A DNA stretch of 63,831 nt, filler included, from Choristocarpus tenellus KU-1152 (taxonomy: Eukaryota; Protista; Phaeophyceae), in NCBI GenBank assembly GCA_964200185.2. It is 10 parts of 10 records of this genome, joined end to end, with 100 filler letters (N's around TTAATTAATTAA, not from the genome) between each part and the next. Parts side by side here need not be neighbours in the genome. Positions count along the whole stretch, not along the records: positions 18,501 to 28,951 come from CAXNAD020002922.1; positions 29,052 to 31,793 come from CAXNAD020025142.1; positions 31,894 to 37,861 come from CAXNAD020009295.1; 7 more parts are not named here. One strand, given 5' to 3'. Within the stretch, counting starts at the first letter, position 1. Every line of letters begins with the position of its first letter. The notes beneath the pieces are model-generated. The model was not told where the DNA came from. It saw only the letters and a program-made list of their open reading frames with translations, and searched no databases. The position numbers were made by a program, and so were the translations under genes. This document shows positions 22,292 to 35,800 of the stretch, piece after piece.

Positions 22292-23431
22292 TAGCTTCAA
22301 GCACAGGAGGACTGGTCCATGGAGACCAAGATGAATATTTCATTAATCCTACTGAGGTTAGAGGGGGACAAAAAGTTCGAAAGGCTGGGACTCGTGCTTC
22401 TCAGGATCGAAGAGAGGAGACAATGGTGACAGCTGACTCCTCCTCAACCGTTGCAGAGAAGGGGAGAGGCAATGGTGCAGACGAATACGGCGATCTATTC
22501 CCTTTTTCCTTTCCTGACGATTTTGAAACTGTATAAGACACGAGGTTGATGGGCACACTCCCTGTTTGAAGACCCCTTCTCATGATGATCTGGTGCTGAT
22601 AAAATTTGTAGTTCAAATTGTAGATTTTCGTATTCACCCCAGAATGACAGGGTATGTTCTCTGTCATGCATGTGTCCTGATGTATGCCTGTGCAGAAGTT
22701 TTTAACACCTCTACTACTGATGTAATAATTTGATAGCAGGAAGGGTTAGCTATGTTCTACCTCAGTCTTCCCTCCTGATAGTGCCTTTGTCAGTACTGCC
22801 AGCAGGAAACTAACAATGTATAACGTAACATGAGAAGGATAAAATACGTAGCAGATATGATAGCACTCCGAAATAGATAAACTCATAGGGTGAGCTGGCT
22901 CCCAAACCAATTGTTTCAAAACTATGAAAAAAAGTTGGATGCAGCACATAAGCATGTACTTCATATCTGAAGTATTGCTAATCCCATATGCTATCCGCAT
23001 TTATGGCATAGATCAACAAATGAGTATTGTACATATATCCTTATCCTGGTTCAACTATTCCACCTACTATGGAAAAGGTAATCCTCCTACTATGGGAACT
23101 TCAAAACAAAGTATTTTTCCATACTTACACGATGCTTTGTATAAAAATTGTTTGTTCGACCTCACAAAGGATATTTCAATGAAAATCGGAAAACAATGAT
23201 GTGTCGTTATTGGAATATTATGATTATAACGCATCTTCAAAAAAAAAATCTACGAGACTGGTGAGATCAGCCCAGCAACAAAGTCAAAAGTGTAGCGATG
23301 AAATTGGAATGGGTCAGGGGCCTTAGCATCCCCCAACTGAAATGGAAATCAGTACGTTCATTCCCGTCAAGTAAAAAACGGTGGTTGCTAGGTGGCACCA
23401 CAATATAGTTTGAAGTGCAATATATAGTATC

Positions 23432-23472
23432 TTATTATGTCCTCTGTCATTTTTCAGATGTGTCAGGGAAAA
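23432..23472 (-). repeat. LINE/SINE-like 3' tail motif (family D)
   Basis: Reverse-complement match to CCTGACACATCT..AAAATG.CAGAGG.CATAATAA. Confidence 0.55.
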
Positions 23473-24713
23473 TCTATAGAAGCCATAACACAAGGACTGT
23501 GGTAAGGTTAGGAGTACATTCCTTGTTTAGTGAAAAAGACACCTAAAAAATATATTTACTATTTGAAAACTAACAATTTAACAACGCTCCCTTGATAATT
23601 GACAAGTCTGGAGTAGTGTGTTCCCTGCTATGCTTCTAACCCAGCTTAGCCCTACAAAGGTGGGGAAGGACCTAGGGAAGCACTTAATTGCATACATACA
23701 TACATGAGCCTTTTGTTCAATTGTACCCATCAGAAGCTGTAAGGTAAACATTTAAACTGAGATAAAATCTGGCCCACCAACCACTTGGCCTGTAATACAC
23801 TGAGCAGGTTCTCATTTTCTCCATCAAAATGTAGGTTTACTACACCCATAGTCACAAGTCCTTACCTGGAACCTGTTTTGGAGATGAAATTAAATCCTGT
23901 TACAATATCTAACTTACGTATATATACCCTATTGTTTATTGTGAGGTCTGCGATATCTCATATAGTAGGGGCACTCTATATGAGAGAGTTCCAGGATGTC
24001 AGCGGCATAAGACAAAGGTAAGTAAGTCGGCATCATCACATCTCACTCATTGAAATTTATTATTGCTCCATGTAGAAAGTTCAGGGCTTTCCCACTATTG
24101 TTACAGACTTCGAGTTATTGCATACACAACACACACACTGAGAGTGAACCCCTCGCAACACTGTCTTATATGTCACCTCTCGAGTTTCAGTAGCAATCCA
24201 TATTCCATATCCCTACAAGTACGCTTCAGACCTCGCTTGACTTGAAGGCCTCCACAGGAGTGACCTCACTCTCAGCTACTTCAAGCCACCTCTCCTCAAT
24301 AGAAAACTACAAATAGGGCCTGCACACTAACTAAGGTTGTTGGTCGGGTCGTCCCATGTTCCACTACAGAACGCCTATTGGTACAGAGACTTAATGCTGC
24401 TTCTCATATTGGGACAGGACATCCTCAGGAGCAACCTTGCCAGCCTCACCAAAAAACTAGCAAATCCCCCGTGGTAGAGGTGGGGTATATTACTCCCCAC
24501 GACTAAAGGTACACTCTTGCAGAGCCATAAAGGTTATTTGAAGTATCTATAGATCAACATCTACTGGAAATACAATTTTATATTTTCTCTATGAGTAAAT
24601 CTTCCTTCTTGTGCTTGTTCAGGCCCCGAAAGTTGCCCTAAGATCTCTACCGGGTGCTTGATCTATCTCACTGTGCATGGGAACAATTAGTACCCTATTC
24701 CTATTAAAGTTTC

Positions 24714-26978
24714 TTAGTGCATATCCTGCAATCGTCTTGGCATGGAGCCCACAGGACGGAACATGACAGATCCACGTCTCTCCAATCGCTTCTTGCGGAA
24801 CTCCTTGTCAAACGCCTCTCCTGGGACATGCCTGAATGGATCATCCTCCTCCTCGACGTATGATCGCACTCCTTTCGCCATGACGAACTTCTCCCCTTGA
24901 ACTGCACATTCTTCACTACCCTCCTCCTCACCACTCTCATCATGAAGCTCATCAATCGATTCCAGGCAACCAAGATTGAACATCATCATGGATACGCTTC
25001 CTTCATCACCGTCTTTGATACTTGAAGATATCTGTTCGTCCTCGTTCCAGCTACCATCCCTTTGCCCAATGTGTCCTTCCTCCAAATCTTCATCCTGCTC
25101 ACTTCCATTTGGAGATTTCTCTTCTTCTACCCCATCATCAATGGTGCTCAGGGTTGTAGAAGAAGTGCTCGAGTGCTCAGTGTACCTGTTGACAGCTATT
25201 CCATTTTCGATGTCATCGTCCCTCTTCTTCACTCATCATTTGAGGGCACAGTGAGTGGGAGAACCGGATGGAAAGCATTGTACATGATGCTGCTTCCATG
25301 GTGGAAAATAGGGTTGGGCTTGTATTGTTGTGAAGTTATTACTCATGGGAACCAACCAACATTCGACAGGGTAAGGGCAAGGAATAGGGTAGGTAGAGAT
25401 GGTAGCAATAACAATGGACAGCGAGAGCACAATAATGTAACACCAAACATTAGTATGAAGATAAAATATCAGCTGCCACTCTACTACTTCTATATGAAAA
25501 CAATTTGTTGTGGAAAGTTTATGCTTGAGCCTCAAGTACTGAGCAATAATGAATGGAAAGTGCTTTTATTCGATAGGAATATACCTGAATACAACATGCT
25601 AATATAGTTCACTTTCTTCAATGTTTTTGGTCATCTGCAAGTTAAGTGTAACTGTGCCCAAAGACAAAATTAGGTTGCTTCAAATGGAAAAAAGCCCGCA
25701 AGAAATACGTGGAGGAATATATAGGAGGTAAGTTAAATAGGTGCCATTCATGAAGATCATCACCTACCTGATCCTCTTGGCTGGTGGTGCGGGCTGAAGC
25801 ATGCAACTCTTCCTCAATGTGCACCTTTATCTTTGCTCGGAGGTTGGTGATTACAGTTTCGAAGTTAGCTTCAACTGTTTCCAACTTTTCTTCGAGGGTC
25901 GTGATCTTGGTCCTCAGCTAGAAGAGGGAGTGCAGGAAAATTACACGGTGGAGGAGGAGAGAAGGGGTGCTCAATAGTTTTCAACATATATATAAACGTC
26001 TTGTTCAGTGAAGACGATACATGTTCCAAACTTGCAGAAAGAAAACACAGTGCAGGGTACAGACATGTCGATCTCAGTATATTGTCGAACTTCTCCCTTA
26101 CTGACTGGTGTGCTACACTCGATATGTCTCACCTCCTTGACGATTGCATCCCTCTGTTGCCTTTTCTTGAATCGATCCATTCTCTTCAAGAGAAATCGTG
26201 AGACCACCACCAGCGCATGCAAGACCTCGAAGAACACCCCTATGTGGGACCAGGGTAACCCGTCGGTCACAATAGTCGATGCAAAGGCGAAGGTTTCCCA
26301 AACGGTGTTCACACATCGCCGCAAGTACCCGAGATTTTGCACGTCAAGTATCAGGTCGTTCGTTGCCCAGGCGTCCTTCATGCTTGCATCGAGTTCTGGG
26401 TTGTCCCATGGTTCCTCAGTAGTTGAAATCCAGGGTTTTATGTCCAGAACTTCCCCAGAGGTGTCCGGAACAGCCCGGGGGGTCAACACAACTTCCTCGG
26501 ATGCCACGTCCATGCACATAGATGGTCTGTCATGAAACAGGATGATGCCAACCCCAAAGAAGTAATCGTCCCTGGAGGAGTAGATGAGTGAATCCGAAAC
26601 AGTATGCGAAAGTTCCTCGTACTCCATCTCTTCGCGTGTAGACCTAACGTAGGAGGGAACAGAGTTATCCTCGACGAGGCCACCGTCCCTGAATGAGAAG
26701 AAGGGCGAACGAGGGAGGTGATCGCAATGAATGACGAAACAAATTTAGCTTCACAATAACCACTGGGGCATATTCTCGTAGGGCTTTGTGACTCAATAAA
26801 TTGCCTAGTACGTCGACCTCTCTAGACTATTTTCATCTCACCGACTGACGTTGCGAATCACATGAGGTGACCTCATGGAGGCAAATCGTTCACCAACTGG
26901 ACTAAGATTTTCCCGCTCGATGAGAGTAGAGCCGAACAGGGCCAGGACGGTGGTCGTGTACCCACGAAGCCACCACAT
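24714..26978 (-). CDS. Hypothetical protein (hydrophobic segment, coiled coil, acidic C-terminal region), probably complete, 4 exons
   Basis: Phase-consistent exons 26872-26978 (ATG; MWWLRGYTT), 26133-26688, 25768-25917 (LRTKITTLEEKLETVE), ~25226-24714 (TAA); CpG-rich 5' end. Confidence 0.65.
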
Positions 26979-27713
26979 GATGCTAGCCTTGATTGTGTCG
27001 ATATATATGCCACCACAGGGAGGAGAATGTTGTCTTGGTCGACACTCAACGCTTGAACTCCTCGGAGTAATGTAACCATCACTTTTCGTTAATCGTCCAA
27101 TGTCAAGAATGATTGCTGATTGGCTACTGCTTTATTTAATTTCATTAAAATTTTAACGCAAAAGATTATTCACAATGCTGTTATTAACCCCTCTCACATT
27201 GTCCACATGTGTCAAGGAAAAAAAAAACTACGTAAAAAAAAAATCTAAAAACTACAATTATTTTGTTTATGTCAAAGATACCTTCATACAAAAAAACTAA
27301 AATTACTAGTTGAACGCTTGTGTCTTTTACTGCACACATGTCTCCCTCCACACGCGCGTCATGTGCAGAGACACCAGGCAGATGGGCAAGAAGGGGCTGC
27401 CAGATTCTTCGGCTGCTTCCCTAGCTCCTCGCCCACTTTAGTAGGATTAAGCTAGGTTAGAGGCAGAGCAGTGTACAAAATTCATTGAAATTACCAATCC
27501 GGTTTATATACCTAGTATTCAAATAGTACATCATTTTTGGAGAGGTATATTTTACATTTAAGTGCAAAAACATTTGCAAAAAAACTTTTCGGTACTTTTT
27601 TTCGGTCGTCAACCATCCTCATAGCCCCGCTCCTTCCTCAATTTTCCAAATCCACTGTTATTTGCAGCAACTGTCTATTACTTTCACGGGGGTCCTTGTG
27701 ATTTTGGTTAGGC

Positions 27714-27759
27714 TTTTTCCTGACACATCATCCGCAATATGTCAGCGGGTATGATAATA
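27714..27759 (+). repeat. LINE/SINE-like 3' tail motif (family D), diverged
   Basis: CCTGACACATCATCCGCAATATGTCAGCGGGTATGATAATA. Confidence 0.5.
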
Positions 27760-27993
27760 TGTATCAAGACAAGTCATGCGTTACAAGCTGGAATCACCAG
27801 GAGGATTGGCACGGAGGGGTTTATTGGATTCTTGGGACACCTCCCTAGCTCCTCCCCCCCGGGGCACAGGTGAAGGCAGATTGGAGACACAGGAAGGCAG
27901 TAGTACAACATAGATAGTGGTGAAGTAAGAAATATATTAGCGTCTTACAAATTTATGACATTTTATTTCTTTAGGACTTACACTGAGAATGTG

Positions 27994-28052
27994 TATAGTT
28001 TTCATTGGTTTCCGCCTGACACATCTCCAAAATGTCAGAGGGCATAATAATA
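27994..28052 (+). repeat. LINE/SINE-like 3' tail motif (family D)
   Basis: Near-identical to 54779-54838; CTGACA/TGTCAG stem followed by (TAA)n. Confidence 0.65.
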
Positions 28053-28889
28053 TCTAATAATATTTTATTATATGATACGTTATTGTGGATAGGAGGACTG
28101 TCTGTTGTCATCCGTTACTGTCGAATGTCATATAAGAACATACCGATTGAGGCTATTTTCTCGGAAGTTCAGTCCAACTTTGGATCTTCGGAAGGATAGC
28201 TTTCTGTGACTTCCTATGACATACATTCTCGACCACATTTTCTGGAGATGGATGTCCGATCTCTGAGGGGTTTCTTTTCTGAACCCCATCCGAACCATGA
28301 TCCTCCCCACTTCCTCGGTCCTTGTCCTCATGTCCAGCCTTAACCTCGTCCTCTCAATTACCACTCATCTTGGTCCTGGCAAATTTTCAAAAAAAGTCAA
28401 TCATTTTAGTTAATCTATCTTTTTTACCTCAAAAAATATATATAGAGTGAACTACCTAAATATTTTGGTAAAGTACTGTCACAAATAAAACCTTTTTTAT
28501 ATATATATACATCCTGTTATGGTCCATCTTGCCGGTGATTATCTTCGACACCCTTGCCTGGGTAAACCCCACCGCCACAGAATTGTAATATTCACATAGA
28601 TAGGAGTTACGTGTTACGTACATACCACTATGCTTTTGAGAATTTCTAGATGCACCAGGAAAAAAAATAAACCAACAAACCATACTATATCATAGAACAC
28701 TAGAACTGAGAGAATGCACTACTGTAGCAAACCTGCTTCTCTTATACTTGCTTCCATATTATTGTCACTTCAATACTTGGATAGGGTACCTAAGGTGGAC
28801 CACTACTCTGTGGGCTAACCCTCCATTGTTCTATTTCCTGCCCTAGTGGGGTGTGCCATAAGTATCTCTAGAAGGGTACAAGCCCCCCC

Positions 28890-28924
<35 letters not shown>

Positions 28925-29742
28925 GAAGAAGAAGAGGAGAAAAAAACGTTGNNNNNNNNNNNNNNNNNNNNNNNNNNNNNNNNNNNNNNNNNNNNTTAAT
29001 TAATTAANNNNNNNNNNNNNNNNNNNNNNNNNNNNNNNNNNNNNNNNNNNNGCATAATAATAATAATACAGTACATCTCGTCGGCTTGCAGTAGGGTATA
29101 AACTACCTATGGGCGGAGTAGGTGGTAACCCCTCTAACCCATGAGTGTGTATCTATGGTAACGAAGCGCCCCGGATACAGGGAACAATTTCAGATCTTAA
29201 GATGCAAATTCCGAGTTGTAAAGGTGAAAGCAATTGCAAAGTTGGATTTTTATTGAGATAGACAGCAAACACGCCTTCCCAAGTGCTTCACAGTTGCCAT
29301 GCCGTTCTCCACCAAGAACACCAAGGGCGAACAATGACTGTGAAGGTTTAGAGGGGAATCGTTTTGCGCTTGCTCTGTGTATTGCACTTGCAATTCTCTT
29401 GGGGAATCGCTTTTCTCTTGCAGTGCTTCAGTCAGTCTGGCAACCTACTACGGGGTGACAAAAAGTGACCTGAAGATATCGTCTAAAATGACAAATCAGG
29501 TTGTTGAAGGCAATACACCAGACTTGGGTACCAAATTAGTGTATGGAAGGATGTTGAAGCTCACTCCCAAAACGGTGCAGCAGATCTGGGATGGATTCAC
29601 CTATTAGCTGTCCTGCTGTGATACCTTATCTTGCTGTCCAATTTGATGAAAATATATCTCTGAAACTTGTGTCACTACTCTGGTGGTGTCTAGAAGACAT
29701 GGAGGAGACGGAGCATACTCATCGCAATAACCCTGTACTTAC

Positions 29743-30463
29743 TCTGTAGCATCAGGAGCACAGAGTGAATTTCGTTTTGGATCAGCAGTCGAACCAATAC
29801 AATCAATGACACAAACAACAGGATTCATATGGGCCAAGCCTACTTCTACCTCTTGTGGGACAGGGAAGAGGTGAGGGCTTCTACCCACAAAAACTGTGCC
29901 AAGGTTTCTCGCATTAAGCAGAATAGTCATACACCTAAGGTGATGTTGAGTTAAAGAAACGATGATGATCCTTCGCATTCACGAGAAGGCTGGTTGTGTA
30001 TGTCATTTATCCACCGCTCAAAATAAAACAAGCTCCTCTTGTCTGTGAGGGCAATCTTTACCTAAACACATGCCCAGACCCCTTCCAAGACTTCGACGGG
30101 AAGCTGAACATTTGGTGTGCTTGTATCATGAAGAGAGTTGCAGATACGTACAACAAGTGGAAGGTGGTTGATGAATTGCATTTCCTTTCAGTAGAATGAA
30201 TGAACTCACTTTTCCACTGCACATTTGCCGTTTGAAGTTCAAGCAATTTGAGATCATTGACCTTTGGAGTAGTACCGCTCTTCCAAATCCTTGCGTCCGT
30301 CTTCACCTGGTTGCCGCACCAATGTAATGGACATGATTGAAGTTTTTCTGGGGAAGAAGGTTGTTTTGTCTGCCTTGATACATCTCAGCAATGACAGTCC
30401 CCCTGCAATGGCCAGGTTCTTCCTCTTCACTCTCTCATAGGTGTTCACCTCAGTCATTACAGC
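29743..30463 (-). CDS. Possible two-exon fragment of a hypothetical gene
   Basis: Exons 30307-30463 and 29743-29851 have GT-AG sites and matching phase; no recognisable motif. Confidence 0.3.
30065..30175 (+). pseudogene. Mariner (plant-type DD39D) transposase fragment
   Basis: NTCPDPFQDFDGKLNIW resembles the ARP..FDGKIGIW block; it continues the AANTC end of the 49390-49631 fragment. Confidence 0.55.
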
Positions 30464-31770
30464 CTCATGTGATGGGAAAAAAGGTCACCAATGTGTATTA
30501 TATGAGGCCTATATTTTCTCATCTTTCGTTGTTTAAACAAGCACTGTACTTTCTTTCAATAGATTAAAATCATTTCTTATATCGACTGATAATCTTGGGT
30601 GAGATCAAAAGTATGTAACAACCTGATACAATAATAATGATGTTGGTGTTGAGTTCTTATGAAAATCACCCCTTGACAACTCGGCAGTGGTAGTACAGAA
30701 CAATGTTAGTATTTTTTTTTGAGACCTTGACCAGGCTGGTCAGCAAATATGTCCACCATCTGGGCCATGGCTGTGGGCTAGCTTATGACTCGCCCATTGT
30801 TGTGTGAAATGGGTTTCGGTTTGTCATGGCTGTGGGGTATGACAAATGATAAAACGGTGTACAAGTTGTAGATTTTCCACGGTAAATGCGTGAGCTACTA
30901 AACACCCCAAATTTAAAACACTGAGTGAAGCGATGTTGAAGCACTTGTTGGCCATGGACTTGACCATGTTCAGAATTGTTTATACTTGCCCAGATATTGC
31001 CTAAGTCATGTTGAAGTAATTAATGACCATGATCAAAATCGTTTCTCCTAGGTCGCTGGCACCCTAGCTCTGTTTAGTGGTTGACAGTTATAGAGCTGGC
31101 CGTGTTGGAACATTTCACCCGTAGCTGGCTGGGTAGTATATCCTATATGCATGGGGAGACTATGTCATAGGACACTACCTCCCTCTGAACGTGTGATTAT
31201 CAATATGTTGAGCCTTTTATGTAGGGAGGTTTCATACTCTAGATAAATGGTTTCTAGTAACTTGCTTCATATTTCTACATTTTTGCCAATGATATAGAGA
31301 AAGTGAAAGAAATATATCATTCACGAAATTTGTGTAATTTCCTAGACGCACAAGTCTGCAAAACCCTGTGGGTGGAGGACCCTATGGTTATTTGGTTTGT
31401 CTCACGAAAGTCTGGGCTCTACCTATTTACGTTTTCTCCCACCTTCTGCATCCTCCTTCTCATCCAATTGTCCAATATGTCTTTCAACCGAATTATTTTC
31501 CTGTCTCAGTTAAACATTACAAGGATTTCTTAACTCCCTAGATATTCGTGGATAGTCTTCAATTTGTGACATGTCTTCCATCCGAAAACCTTCTTGACAA
31601 TCATCCGTCCATTAATGCAATTGATTAATATTTTCCCAGATCTCTTACAAATACCCAACACCATCAATTACAGTTCCAAATCTCACAGTTGATGTAATAC
31701 CCCTCCAAAATGAGACTTTTCCACATCATCATTTGCCCACTCCTCCTGTACAACGGTCGATGCTTAAGTA

Positions 31771-31793
31771 GAGCCAAAGTATCTTAGAGGGTA
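31771..31793 (+). mobile_element. MITE family A TIR at contig end
   Basis: GAGCCAAAGTATCTTAGAGGGTA. Confidence 0.85.
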
Positions 31794-32883
31794 NNNNNNN
31801 NNNNNNNNNNNNNNNNNNNNNNNNNNNNNNNNNNNNNTTAATTAATTAANNNNNNNNNNNNNNNNNNNNNNNNNNNNNNNNNNNNNNNNNNNNCAGTCAA
31901 TTTTGGGTCAAGCCCATCCTCAATGAAAAGCTCCATCCTCAATTTTTGAAATCGGCTGTTCTCTGGTCATTCCTACCAGAATTCTCTCCTCCCCAAAACT
32001 CAGATTACTTCATAAACTTCCACTTTATACCACTATTGATACTTCGTATTAAGTTATAGTCTGAATTATGTACTCCCTGCCCCCGCCTTTCAAGTACGTT
32101 CTTTTCGTGAAGTGGTCAATGAACTCTCCAAAGAAGTGAATTGAATGGATTGAGTTGGTCAACCAACCAACTCATCGATTCATATAATTCAAGTATCGAA
32201 ATCTAGACAGCCAAGAAAATGAATTTCTACATGGTAAATACGTCAGAAAAGTAAGTATTAGAACCAGAAACAACATCAAACAACGACCGTCCATCCAATC
32301 GTCCAAATGATAAAATCATAAATTCCACAAACCCAACCACAACATATATTGTAGTTTGAAGGACAAGGTCAAGTAGCAGTTGGTGAAGCGAACGGCGTTC
32401 CCGAGAAAAAAACGTTGACGCTTACCCGTAAATGAAGGAATGCTACCTTCCTCTCCTCAATATTACCAAAGAGTGAGAGGTGCTAGAGAGGTCCGGTTGT
32501 GAGAGAGGATAAGAACGACTAGTGCAGGTTCTGCCCTTTTCATCATTGAACCTTGTAACTGAGGTTTGCATGTGATTGCTGCCCACCGTCTCTTCGTGAA
32601 CGAGGACAAAGAAGTAGGTCACCTCGCTATGTCCCTCTGATCATCAAGTTCAATTTCATCTACTTCAAGCTATTCAAGCGTTATAGTTTCGCCAGTGGCG
32701 ACTAATCGCTGACTTCTTTGGAGAACGTGGTGGTCGAGGTAGGTTTGAAAGAGGTTGTTAGGAAAGGGGGTATCTAACGCCCTTAGGTGGAAAATTGGAT
32801 CGAAAAGGTGACGAAGTTCGAGGCGATAGCTTTCCGGAGAAGGCCAGGAAGCGGGATTCGTGGGGTCTGAAGCTCCCATCCAG

Positions 32884-35800
32884 ATGGAATCAGCCGATTC
32901 CCGTTCATCAGAGCTAGTGTTTGACTTAAATGACTCGAGCATCGCTGGTGGTATGGAGCGTAATGAGGGAAGCTTAAATTGTAGTGGAAACCGACCTATC
33001 GGTGAGTCCTTCCAGAATGGCTTTCGGCGTAGGAGCACCGGAGACTGCGAAAGACGAGGGAGGCAGTTCGTTCGTCAGAGCCAAGAAGAGTCGCAGAACC
33101 AGAGGAAGGAAGGGCAGCGCACGCAATTACAGAGAGACCAGACCAATCCAGATGAGTCTGGGAGTCAAAGAAGCTCGGCCGCATCTACGCCTACCCTTCC
33201 TCTTGAGGGAAGCCTTCGTCAGTACTACCTTTGTGCTTCCGCTCTTGCACTAGTAGGGCTACTGATCAGGTGGCTCTGGAGGCAGTTGGCTGGCCTGGGG
33301 GGGGCCTACCTCATACTCGTAGCTTGCCGACACGCGATTGAGAAAGCCAGGGAACGACAGGGACGAACTGACGGTGGGATGAAGGAAAGTACTGCTGTCG
33401 GTGTTGAAGAGAAGTCTCAGGATGGACACACGACTAAGCAGTCTGTCACAACTAAACAAACAAAGCTGGAGGGTGATAAGGACTACAATACTGACCGATC
33501 CTCTCCTGAGGAGGAATTTGCAGATCCCCCCTCTGAACTGCGACGCTATTGGATTGATTCCGGCCCAGAATGTACCTTTAAAGTGAGGGGTTTGAAGTAC
33601 ATGGAGAACAGGATCAAGGTGGGTCATACAGGCACAGGGGAAAATACGATATAACGAGTTCTATCAGAGTGCAGATTTGTTGTCATCTTTGTCAGCTGTT
33701 TGCTCTCAGCAAAGCATATGATTTCTGAGCACGACCCCCTCTCCCTTACATTGAAATCTACATCAACAAAAGTAAATATGGAAATGATAGCAGTAGGTCT
33801 TATAGGACTGGCTTTGTCCTTGCTTAAGGGTGAAAAGACAACAAAGGGGCATCACTTGCTGTGTTGTAGCTACTTACATGGCACATAACAATACTGTTGG
33901 TGTTTTTTTTAATATTTTTTTTCAACAATTCATCCCGATGAGAGGAACAGTCCCTCCCTTGTTCATTGCAGCTGTATTACTCAGTCCTGTATCACTTGGT
34001 CCATATACAGAGAATGAAATAGCTTGAACTGTATTGCTCCTTGATGATGCTGACTGTGGCAAGATTGGTACAAGCAATTGCTTATTGAGGTACACAACTG
34101 CTGCCTGTCCACTAGATCCATCTTGACCACAAACTGAAATGATGAGGGCTGAGCACACCCTTGGTTCACAGGCAATCACATCATACTTTCCTTGATACTT
34201 CTTTTGTTTGTTAATTAAATCGCAGCTTTTTCATACTTTGTGCAGCAACATTCACATCTTGCATCCATCTCATTTCCTGTCCCCAGTCACAACACGTGCA
34301 TGGTACACACACGGATTTATCGAACTTTGCCCTTACCGCTGCTATCTCAGTACAGTACTTGGTGCACACTTTTCTCGGGGTAGAACCCCCTCAAGTTCTA
34401 ACAATCAGCACCGGCACACTCCTGCCTGTGCATGCCTACCATACAGGGTAGGTTGGTGGTGAGGGAGATGATATTGCGCTCCTTTTTCACATTCATGTTG
34501 TGTGGAGTCCACGATAGAGCCCCTTCCTTCCTTGCTTCCTATTTTGTGATAGCACTGTTGACACTATTTCTCCTACCCTCTCCCCCCAAGCAGAGATGAG
34601 GATATGATGTTAAAGATAATACATGCATGCTGCTCTTCGTCCTATCGATTGCATCTCATCCGCAAAATCAGGTCCCTGCTGGCCCTGCTATGTTGCGCCT
34701 GGTTCATGTTGATCTCTTTCGCTGTGATGAGCCTGTCTATCACATAGCATCTCGGGGAAGGTGAGACCTGTCTCTCTCTTTTCAGTGGAGGACGCAAGAG
34801 GTATCGTATACCCCCATCTACTCAAGCATCTCTTACTCACCCCTCTTCCCCCCGGAGTGAGGGAACTATGATAGGATAGTACAGGTGATTATAATGCCTT
34901 GTAAGAATTGAACAACATATAGACTAGTTGGTAGATGATTGTGCTCCTCCGGCCCATGGTTGGTCATTCTCACAACTAGATGCCTCAGACTATCAATGGT
35001 TTCTACTGCGTAGCCAGTTCAATTCACACCCCTGATTGTAAGGAACACTTTGGCCCCTGATTGCACATCTGATTTGTTTGGCATACATAAATAATTGAAG
35101 CACAGAACCATATCACTCCTGATATTGAGGCCTGCAGTAACTTGAATAGAGTGGGAGTCACAAAACAGAGGTAAGTACCAATCGAACATGGGACTTTATG
35201 AAAAATGTGTTACGGGTGTGTGTAGTCTCTCCCTTCCTACCCCCCTTGACTTGACAAGGAACACACCCTTCATTCACTTTTATGGATCCCCCTTTTAACC
35301 TGTTGAGACTGCTGCAATTCCACCCCAAGCCAATTTCCTCATCTGCACCTTTCCACCTAAGCACTCACCACACACATGCTGAGAAAACGCTACAAACGAT
35401 AGACTCAACCGATGGAGGCTCAAATATTGATGTGTTCCCCTACCGCAGTTGAGCAGTGTAGCCTTGTCTTTATCTACGCCCACCCCTACCCCCCACCTAG
35501 CCTCACCTCCCTCCCCTATCTCTGCAATGAAATGAACTTCATGATTGACCTCAAAAACAACAAGGTGCCTTGAACGCATTGAAGCATTCACCCAGTATCA
35601 CAGCGGCGGCAATGGTGGTAATGGCAGCGGAGTGAAGAGACCGCCAGGGCAGGGGCAGGGGCAGGGGCAGGGGCAGGTACAAAGGGAGCCCCCCTTCATC
35701 TTCATCCTCAACATTGCCCTCCCTGGTACGCCAGTAATATGCACAGTCATGTACTGGGCACTGGACCAATCGGTGATGGATTCGGTAGGGGAGGAAGAAA

